Source of the DNA: Eledone cirrhosa
Lineage: Eukaryota
DNA: 64,000 bases
NCBI GenBank assembly: GCA_964016885.1
Contig: OZ024742.1
Coordinates: forward strand, 271,994,001-272,058,000
Direction: 5' to 3'
Shown here piece after piece: positions 54,001 through 64,000 of this stretch. Below the pieces are notes generated by a model. It searched no databases. It was not told the origin of the DNA and saw only the letters and a program-made list of their open reading frames with translations. The translations under genes were made by a program, and so were the position numbers. Positions within the stretch are counted from its first letter, which is position 1, and every line of letters starts with the position of its first letter.

Positions 54001-55911
54001 GTGTAAGGTTTTGGTTGTTTTGTTTTGATTGCGTTTGTCGTGGGTTTGTTTCTGTTTCGCATTTTGGTGACTTTTGTGGTGTAGGTGATGGTGGTGTTGG
54101 GATTAATGATGGTGATGGTGATGGTGTTTGGGGTGATGGGGTTGGTGATGCTGGTGTGGATGGTGGCATATCTGTCCTAACTTTTTGTTTGTTAATTTAT
54201 TTGTTTCCCTCTGTATTTTGTTTTTGGAGGGGGAAGGAAGAGAATTTTTCTTTTTTGGTTTCTTTTTTTCTTTTTTCCTGATACCGTTTCCCACTCCTCG
54301 TCGTCACAATCTGTCTCCAGTTTTGATAGGCCGGACAGTGGAAAATCCTCCACAGGCGTTAGTTTTGGTTGTGGCGTGGTGGATGGTGCAGGCGCTGGTG
54401 CTAGTTCTGAAGCGTTGGGTGCTGGTGGTGTTGGTTTTGCTGGTGGTGGTGCTGGTGGTTTTGCTACTGTTGCTGGGATTGTTGCTGTTATAGTTGCGTC
54501 TGTTGTTGCTGCTACAGTTGTTGCTGCCATCTCTGCTACTGGTGGTGTTGATGGTTGAGTCACTGGGGTGGGTAGGAGAGGTGGCCTCAACCTTTTAGCC
54601 TGAGGGCAGAAAGTCCTTAGGTGGGTTTCTTCACCACAAACGACACACCTAGGCCTTCTGCCCTCGACAATTATGGTGAGGTGGCTGCCGTCAGTGAGGT
54701 CTAATACCTCTGGGATCTCCTCAATGCTTTTTTGGTCCGCTTGGATCAGGAGCTCCATCCCAGATCCGGACCAGTTCTCCTGCTTTTCTTTTGCTATTGC
54801 TATTATCTTGGTGTTGGCTTCGATGCCGGCGATGCCGGCCGCTATTAGCCAGGGAATTTCGATGGCCGGTGGAACGTGGGTCACCCTGATATTTACGAGT
54901 CTCTGGCCACAATAGCTTGGGACGAGTGTGAAGTCGTCACTTCTTAATGGGGCCATGGAGTGTTCTCTAGCCTCCTCTGGTGTTTCAAAGGACACGTCCA
55001 CGGTTCCATACTTCTGCCCACGTCTGATGTGGGTTTTCTTGCCCACACATGTCCCAAAGCTTTTTGGATTTGGGACTCGGATGCCCGTTCCAGTCGGCGC
55101 GATTTTACATTAATTGTTCGATACGACACGGTGCATAGGCGCCGATGCTCCATTTTATTAGGTGTGTGTGTGGGGGGGGGGATGACGCTGACCCTGTACC
55201 CATCTTTCTTTACCATTTTTTTGGCATTTTCTAATTCCTCCTGAGTTACCGTAAATGCTTCGCACTGTTTTGCTACTCTGCCAAAACTCAGGGCGGTTTT
55301 TTTAATGTCATTGTTGCTGTTGTTGTTATCGTTATTTTTGTTATTATTAATTTTACTCTCAGTTGTGGTGGTGGTGATGTCAGTGGTGTTCGGTGTGGAA
55401 GAGTCCATTTTAGTTGAAAACATTTCGACATCACGAGTTGATTTATTCTTTCCTTTTATTTCTGTTGTCGCGGTGGTTGTGGGGGGGGGGCTTTGGCGGT
55501 GGCGGTGGTGGTGGCGGCTTTAACACCTGCAGTCATTGTTAATGGCGGGAAATGAATGTCTGCCTGAGACAAAATTAAAATATTGCTACTGCTTAAATTG
55601 TTTGTGCTGGCAAACGTAGTAATATTTACAATGGTGGTGTCGGTGTGAGGTGTTAGGTTATGAGGAAGGCTGTCATCTTCGTGTGGCTATGAGACTTCCA
55701 TGTTTTTTTTCAAAGACATTTTTTTGAGAATTATAAATGTTAAAATTTTGGGCACAAGGCCTCAATCTTTTTGGATGTCCTTTTCGGAAAACAATGTATG
55801 TGCGCTTATCAACAGTTAACAATAAAATTTTCCATAAATGGCAATATTTAACAAACGGAAATAACAAACTTTGCGGAGCTCAAGATGATACGATTTACTA
55901 CGTAGGTCGTC
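51068..55911 (-). mobile_element. Tx1-clade LINE (second family): 5' end, ORF1, APE and RT; 3' end missing
   Basis: ORF1 pieces 54944-55423, 54192-55046 (CX2CX4HX4C) and 53709-54169; APE 53057-53701 (INARRL, ISET, VYAP, GDWN, SYLDR); RT 51054-52987; 5' end abuts (AAT)n. Confidence 0.93.
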
Positions 55912-56899
55912 AATAATAATAATAATAATAACAATAAATGGAATATATATAACTATAGAATCAACATTTATTTTTTTTATATATTTCAGGGATACTAATT
56001 TACAGTATGCGTTCATCAAAAGTAGAGTTGAGATGGAGGGTCTGTGGTTTTTCTCACATCTGGTTGGTCTCTGAATGTTACTTGTTTTATATGGAAAAAA
56101 GTGGCTCGAAATGCCAGGTTTTTAGAGAAGTAATTTGACTGGTTCGTCAATAATTATAATAAATTTCGCGCTAGTTCGCGTTACAAAGTTCTTCAAACAA
56201 GGGGGCGGGGTAGAGGTTGTTTTTTCATATATGAGTGTTGAATTTGTTTTACTTAAAAAAAGGGGCTCACGAAGGCTTTTTTTTTATAAACGTAATTTGA
56301 TTGGTTATAAATGAACTTATGGTTGTCACGTGAACAAGTTTTCATTAAATTTTCGCGCCCTCATTTGGAAATCTATTCTGTAGCCTTTTTAGAGAATTAT
56401 ATGACAAGCAAAACATAATGGTCAAGAGAATTGGGATGGGAGAATTGTTCTGGTTCAGTGAACATGGTTAGTTCGCTGGGGTGTCAGAATTCAGATTTTC
56501 TATTGAAGTAAAGAAAGTAAAGATGTGTATGTTTATTTGTGTGCTTGTGTGTGTGTGTGTATGCATTGGAAGATGATTCTATTAGTAGAATGGGTGTTAT
56601 GTGGGTGTGTGTGTGGGTGTATGTTAAGATGGAGAGAATATACATATTTTGTGTGTGTATATATGTGTGTAGGAAAGTGATTCTATTAGTAGAAATGGGG
56701 GAGTGAGTTGTGTGTGAGGGGAGATGGGGGTTGCTATGTGTGTGTATGTGTGTTATGTGTGTGGGAGTATGGTGAGCACGTTAAGATGAAGAGAATATAT
56801 ATATATCGTGTGTGTGTGTGAGTGTGTGTAGGAAAATAATTCCTTTAGTAGGAATATTTTTGAATTAACATATTTTCCTTACTTATTCGTATTTGTTCT

Positions 56900-57925
56900 G
56901 TTGTATTGTCAGCGCAAACATATGTTAAGTTTTATTTAGTTCGGGTATTTATTTTCTAAAGTAGCAGGTGTTATGTGTGTGTCTATATGTGTCTGTTTGG
57001 ATGGTTAGCATGTTATGGTGTTGACATAATGTATATTAAACCATATTTAATGCTGGTCTATAAACATATTGGTCTATAAACATATTTTCCTTATTTATTC
57101 GTATTTGTTCTGTTGTATTGTTAGCGCAAAGGTAAAAAGGGAAGACTTGGAATTTGGGTGTCTTATTATTTGCGCATATGTCTAGATGTGCGCTTAGTGG
57201 TATATGTATCGTGGTTGGATCTCGTAATTGTTGGCGATAAACTGTCATTCTGTTTCTGAGTGTGAGTTTAGTTTGTCCTATATAATCTTCATTGCATCCT
57301 TTACATTTAATGGCATAAAGTAGATTTTTTGATGAGCAAGTGAAGTGATTTTTTTTACATAAATATGTCCGGATTTAAATATATACGTGTTGCCTTCAAT
57401 GAGGTGAGAGCATGTTCCACAATTAGAGTGACCACATTTTTTGACAGTTGGTTGTGGGTTTGTGGTAGGTAATTTGGCATTGGTGAGTAATGTTTTTAGT
57501 GATTTCGGTTGTCTTTTGCTTTTGATTAGTTTGTGTGTTTCAAGGACTTTTTCATTCTTGGGACTTCTTTCAATTTTTTTTTTTTGTTTTTTAATTTTGA
57601 TTTTTATAATTTCCCATTCTCAGATTCCTGTTTCAACACTCCTTATCATTTACTTTCAACGCTTGACCGGCTTCACCCTCTCCCTCATTTTCTACAGGCA
57701 AGTTCACCCATCCCCACCCCTACCCACCGTCATGAAAGATTTAACCGTGTTTACAAGAAATGTTGACCAATACTTTTGACAATTACAATCCTCAGAAATG
57801 CATGATTATCGCATGATCATATATGGAATTACCCCTTGAAAAGTTCGGCTATTTTATACCACGCTAAAAATCTAATTTAAAACAGAAATAGCCGTGGAAA
57901 CGGCTTGCGCTCTGACGTCGGTCCT
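56900..57925 (-). mobile_element. PLE remnant (Neptune-like zinc finger and GIY-YIG) with an oppositely oriented HHR-bearing pLTR
   Basis: Minus strand 57036-57560: KRQPKSLKTLL, CGHSNCGTC, FTCSSKNLLYAIKCKGCNEDYIGQT..LRNR, ENMFI..YRPALN. Confidence 0.8.
57832..57921 (+). ncRNA. type I hammerhead (family H-related, U3-A8 core)
   Basis: CCCC-TTGAAAA-GTTCGGCTATTT...AAATAGCCGTG-GAA-ACGGC ttgcgctct GACGT-C-GG. Confidence 0.6.
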
Positions 57926-58018
57926 GAACATTCAGCTATTACCCATTCTACTACCCAAAGCATCGAGTACTCTGGTGCGTTATGATCGACCTGGTTCCTG
58001 ACCACCACACTTCCTTCG

Positions 58019-58066
<48 letters not shown>

Positions 58067-58244
58067 CCGTTGTTCAATCAATGATAAACATTAATTTCAA
58101 GCTAAATTAACTATAGAGATATAAAATATACAGAAGTGAAAACCAATCCAAACCGAGCAGTGATTTATTATTTTTCTGGCAATAACATGACAATCCTGAA
58201 ATATAACAATATTTAACACACGATTTCATATCGAAAACATTGCA

Positions 58245-58314
58245 AAACGCACAAACACATACACGGACACACACACCAACACATACACAGACACATACAC
58301 ACACATACACACAC

Positions 58315-58350
<36 letters not shown>

Positions 58351-58378
58351 ACCCACACACACGCACATACACACACAG

Positions 58379-58446
<68 letters not shown>
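58245..58446. repeat. (CA)n(TA)n microsatellite
   Basis: Directly visible. Confidence 0.95.
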
Positions 58447-58449
<3 letters not shown>

Positions 58450-58574
58450 GAATATAATTATAAACATGTTTATTGGTTGGTTAAATCACAGGAAACGTAC
58501 ACAGACACGAATGCATACACACAGATCTAAAGAGCGGCATACGTAGAGGGAGAGGCATTAAGATAAAGGGATAT

Positions 58575-61500
58575 CTTTCTTTATTTGCCACAGGGGCGTA
58601 CAAAAATAGGACATTACAAGACGTGACGGCGGGGGTTTTACATAAAAATCATATAACTTTAGCATTAATAAATAACAATAAACTATATATAATAAAATAA
58701 CAATTGAAATCATCAATAAGGGGAAACGTTACTGCATGGTTGTTTTACGCCCCGTGGATAGAACAACCCTCAACACCAGGAACGCGTTTTGTAGGTGTTC
58801 CTGTCTTCCCTCTGTTTATCTTCTTCAACCTACAGGTTTATATACAGAGAAAGCCCATTCACTCGGGTCATATTCGCCACATTCAGCCACCTTTCAGCGA
58901 ATTTACTGGGGTGTAGCACCTCTCTCTCCACTCTCACCTTCCTTCTGAAGTGGTACTTAAAGAAGGGGATAAGTTGTTGTCCGGAGAGAAAGGTGTTTGC
59001 CCGCAGTCCTTTTAACCTCGTCCGCCATATTACCTGTTTCGCCATAGCTTCCAGACAGAGGAAAATCGCCTCTCCTTCATTCTTAAATGAAGGCGGCGAG
59101 GTGATCCTCACGATGGACTCGGCTGACAACTGGATGCGTCCAACACGTGACAGTATCTGTTCGATCTCTTTCCACAGGACGCTCACCCCTGGGCACTGAA
59201 CAATTGCGTGCAGAACGGTTTTGTTGTCCTACTCGCAGCTTGGACAGGTCCTTTTGGCAGGATCTCTCTCAGGGCGTCCGTGCCTGTAGATTTTGTCTGG
59301 AACTGGTAGAGCTCCTCGGTGGCACTGCCAATCCAGAGACTTCTGGAAGTTATCCATAGGCCCTGGACGGAAAGTCCTTCCAAACTGACGGGGTCAGTTC
59401 GTCCTCCTCGATGCCTAGAGTTTCCCTGAGAACGTCGTCGCACTTATCTCTCACTAATCCCCTATAGAATGTCGAAGTGGTGTCTCCGTTAATTGCCTTT
59501 TCCGCTTGGTAGAGGGCTGTGAGCGCCTGAAGGCACCTATTGTCGGTCTTCGGTTGACCCAGGACTGCAGCTCTGTAAGAGAGAGGCGTTGTGGAACAAC
59601 TTGTCTCACAAACAACAGCCACCCCGCTTCACCGGCCAGGAATACCTGGAAATGGCGTAGCCTCAGTGCGTCTTTGCGCATCATCAGCCACGGCATGCCG
59701 AGCCCACCGTTAGAAGGGTGTTGACAGCAGATAGATCTCCTCAGCAATGGAGCTCGTTTTCTTCCAGAGGAACTTGAAGAATAGGCGTTCCATTTTGGCG
59801 AGGTATTCGCGGGGACAAGGCACTACTGTCAAGCTGTAGCAGATGACGGACGCTGTGTAAGTGTTCGCCAACCCCGCTCGACCTTTCATGTAGAGTTTGC
59901 ACTTAGCCCACTTCTGGGTGAGTGCAAACACCTTCCCGTGACATCGTCCAAGTTCTTGTCCACCTGGAGGTCTGGAGCAATCCAGACCCCGAGCAACTTC
60001 ACCGGTCCTTCCGTCCAGCGTTCAACTACACTGTCGGAAGGCGTGGGTCTGCTTCTCCATGTGCCGAGTTGCAAATCGACAGACTTGTTTGGGTTTAGTC
60101 TTGCTCCTGTCAACGTTTCGTATTCCTGTAATAGGTTGCCGATTACTCCGATTTCCGAGGTTCTCAACACCATTACGGTTATATCGTCGGCATAGGCCGA
60201 CGCTGCTTTCCGCAGTTCTGGTTCGATCGGGATGCCCTGCAACAGCTCAAACTTCCGCAGTAATCGCTCAATCGACAGTACATACAGAATGGAGGAGAGA
60301 GGGCATCCCTGACGGATGGAACGCGTGATTTGGAATGGCTCCGAAAAGTAGCCATTCATTCACCTTGACTGCCGAGCAGATGCTGGTGTGCATGGCAGCG
60401 ATCCAGCCCCTGAAGACGAGACCGAAGCCGGCCACCTTGAGAACCGCCTCCAAATATTGATGGTCGACCATATCAAATGCCTTAGACTGATCTACATTGA
60501 TCAGAGCCCCACCGAAGCCTGGTTTACACCTTACTCTCTCTATGATGTTTCGCATGAGGTGGGGGTTGTTGTGTATGGACCTGGTCGGGAATGCACACCT
60601 TTGCGCTTCCCATACCAGGTTCTCGACGACGGGTGCCAGCCTCGCTGCTAACACCTTGGCCAAAATCTTTAGCTCTGTGTTGAGCAGAGTTATGGGCCTG
60701 AAATTGCTTAATCTCATCCCCCTTGTTCTCATCCTTCCTGATCAGCGTTACAACGCCTCTGCCTAAAGAACTGGTAATACTCCCGTACTGCTGCCAGATG
60801 TAGACCGCTTCGAGGACGCCTGAAAACAGTTGTGGCATGCCTTTGTAAAACTCATTGGGTAGACCATCTAAACTGGGTGATTTGCGCTTGCCGCAGCGGT
60901 CTAGGGCCTCTTCTATATCCCCCGCTGTGATCGGCCTTTTGCAGCTCTCTGCATCCGTGCTCGAATGTCGTGGTACGCTGTCGAGGTAGGAGCTGAAGTC
61001 CATCACCTCCCTCGACGTGCTGCTTTTCCCGAACAGTTGTGGAAAATGCTGCTTGACGGCCGTGCACATCTGCTTGGATGCAAGTAGAATGCCTCGATCT
61101 TTGTCTTGCAAAGACCAAATTCTGGATGTGTTGCCAACTTTCGCCTCTGCCCCTCAGGCCCAGCTAACAACTTTGGCTTCCTCGTTTCTTAGAGCACGTG
61201 TTCTATTTCTGACACTACAACGTTCGTGTTTCACGTTGAAGAACTGGTTTAGTGCCGTTTCGCAGCTAGCACGTCAGCTGTTCTGCCATTCCTAAGTGCC
61301 TCTTCTACTTTAGCTACCAGTTCCTTTTCGGTTTTGTTTGTTTCTAAAGCTACTTCCTTGCTAAATGCTATCGATTCTATTCTAATTGCTCTCTTGAGGG
61401 AGTTCTACCACCTGTTGTTGACGATCGCCTCCTTCAATTTGCACTTAAATAAGGGGCAAATCCGTTTACTGTAGGCCTTACGCGCCGGAAGCGACATCTG

Positions 61501-64000
61501 TAGCTTCCAGTTTCCGGGTCCCAGTCTATGCGTTCTATCAAGGTTGACTACGCAGGTGACTAATTTGTGGTCTGAATAGGCAACCATGTGCATTTGTAGA
61601 CAGCTTAATGTTTCCTTATCATTCTGTCTAATTAGAAATCTATCTAAATACGATCTAGAAGACACAGTGCGGTTGCTCCACGACCACAGTGGCACAACTG
61701 GGAAGTCTAGTCGATATCTATTAGCCAGTTGGAATGGGCTGATGATATTTTTGAGGCTATTACACCCCCTACTCTATTATAACAAGCTCCTATATAGTCC
61801 CAACGTGCATCTAAGATGCCATTCCAGTCCCCCGCTAACACTAAGGAGCGAGATATTCCCAGGAATGGCTCCAGACGCTTGAAGAACTCTGGTTGTGATG
61901 TTTTAATCGGGGCATATACGGCCACCAGTCTGAAAGCTCCACCTTCACTACCATTCACGTCAAGGACAACCAAGCTGTCCTCCGGGTCCAAGTGAATAGT
62001 CTGTGCTTTGAGAATCAAGTTTTTTCGAAACAGAACAGCAACTCCCCCTCCACCTCCTGGCTGACAGAGAGATGCGTAGATATCAAAGTCATCTAACATG
62101 GGGCTTAGCTGCTGCTTGTTGTGAATCCTGGACTCGGTGATGGCTATCACATCTATAAAATGTGACCTGAGATAATTTAAAAGCTGGTCCTGTTTACAGG
62201 GCATGCCCAGGCCAAGTACATTCAAACATCCCACTTGTATAGTCACCATGTAGGTGAAGAAGACTTAGGGAGGGAAAAGGCAGGAACACTTACCATTTCG
62301 TTTCCAGGAGGTCGGGTTGTTCGATCTCCATGTCCAGATTGGGGGTGTTTGGTGTGGGAGGGAATCCTTTTAGCAGGACAGGGTTAAGGGGTCGTAGCAA
62401 GGGGTGCCCGCATCATGTGGAAAGATTCCTTTTCAAAGTTTCGTACTGTAGGGTTATTACCCTGATAAGTTTGAGGTTGGGGGGTGGGTTGTTGGAGGGG
62501 AAACTTTTCCCTTCAGTTTGTTATGTGGAGTCCTTTCGGACAGTTTCCACCAATTCTTTGTTTCTTGTTTTTATGTATGTGTAATGTGTTTTGTTATATA
62601 TGTATAATGTTTCTGTTTCTGTTTGTAGTTTTCTTTTTGTGGTTGTGGTTTGTGATTATGATGGTGTGGGTGTTCGTTTTGTTGGTGAAGTGTCTGGTTG
62701 TGCTGTTGGTGTGGTTGTCATGTGTGTCGGTATGTTTATGTCAGTGTTGTGTGTGTGCGTGTTTTCAGTTGATGTTTTTGTTGTATTTTTCCGTGTATTT
62801 ATTGGTTCTTGGATTTTTGGCGTTCCCCTTTATCCTCACTGGGAGATGTAGATGTTTCTGTGTCTGAGATGTTATCATTGTGGGTAGGTGGGAGGGGCAT
62901 GTTGTCTTGTGGTGGAGTGTTTCGTGTGTGTTTGTCGCAGTGTTGGACAGAGGGGAAAGGGGTGGAACAGAGTCCTTCAGGGGGAATTTTTGGTGTGGTG
63001 TCTTTTGCGGTTTGTGATGGTTGGGTGAATGTTGATGGTTTGGGAGTTGTGTTTTTTGGTTTTCGGGTGTGTCTGTTGTAGTTTTGGGGTTGGCAACAAC
63101 GCCTTCATTTTTTTTCCACATCCAGCTTTGGCCAAAATGCTTTTAAATGTGTGTCTTTTACACATTTGAAACATTGTGGTCTTTTGACCTCCACTGCGAT
63201 GTGGACAACATGATTATCATCCACCGGCACTCTTTCCGGTATTTTTCAACCCTCTCCGGATTCATTTGAACCAAAAGTTCCATTGAAATCCCGTTCGAGT
63301 TGTGTCGGATTGATTTTTTTACAATCACCCAGGGTCCACCAAATGTTGATTTTCGGTGGGATCTGGGAGATCCTTATTTTATGGATTCTTCTTCCCATGT
63401 ATGTTGGAAAGAAGATGTGTTGGCTCGTTCTAATTGGAGCCACCGAATATTTATGAGCGAGAGCCTCGCTTTTAAAGAGCACCGAGATGCTCCCGCACTG
63501 CTTGGCCCTCTGGAGGTAAGCAATGTCTGGCATTGCCTCCTTTAGCGCGGTTTCCACTGTGATATTGCTTAAAGCCAAAGGTTTCTTGGTTTGTCAGCAG
63601 ACCGTCCGGAAGAAAATTGTTCTTCTTAAAGTCGCGGCCCTAATTTCCGGTGGGATTATTATTCGAAAGCCGTTACCTTCGAAAGTTATGTGTTGTGCAG
63701 TGTCCTTTGGGTGCTGCGCTTGGTTTGACAGATCTTTTCCTATAAAATCTGTCTCTTTGGAAAGGCTTTCTGCAAACGTTTTGTTTTTGGCGTGTTTCGT
63801 TGTTTTCGCTTGTCCTGGAGTTGTTGTTTCTGTTGTTCTTGTTATTGTTGTTGTCTTCGTTGTTGTTGGCGTTGTTTTCGTTCATAGCATTGTTGTTGTC
63901 GTTGCTGGTGGTGCCGGTTGTGTTGTTTTTGTTCATTGTTTCACACTTTTGGTTTTAGTTTGTTGCCATGGCAACGTCAAGTTGTTGGTCAGCAGGTGAA
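58575..64000 (-). mobile_element. near full-length degraded Tx1-clade LINE (ORF1, APE, RT); continues beyond the window
   Basis: APE 61707-62249 (CLNV, AITES, VYAP, GDWN); RT pieces 58830-61100; ORF1 with CFKCKRHT zinc knuckle near 63150; 3' end GGCAAATAAAGAAAG. Confidence 0.92.

Overview
This is a eukaryotic, AT-rich, repeat-saturated animal window with no recognisable host gene. The tRNA-derived Meta-domain SINE family and the huge (TA)n/(CA)n arrays suggest an octopod cephalopod (inference). It holds five L1/Tx1-clade LINE copies, an RTE LINE, an R4/Dong-clade LINE plus older relics, several Penelope-like element (PLE) lineages, three non-autonomous Helitrons, a Mariner-type MITE and multiple SINEs. 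The main signal that the ORF track does not show is RNA structure. By manual folding I find about 20 copies of type I hammerhead-ribozyme (HHR) motifs in roughly nine unrelated sequence families, located in PLE pseudo-LTRs and in non-coding tandem/fold-back repeats. They include a canonical HHR with a very long stem III in a ~549-bp non-coding tandem unit (retrozyme/circular-RNA-like), a U3-A8 compensatory core variant, a recurrent CAGAAGA (U4A) core variant, and a chimeric junction located at a predicted self-cleavage site. A Tx1 family also appears to target (TAA)n microsatellites. All folds and boundaries were read by eye, so coordinates may be off by a few bases, and nothing has been checked against databases.
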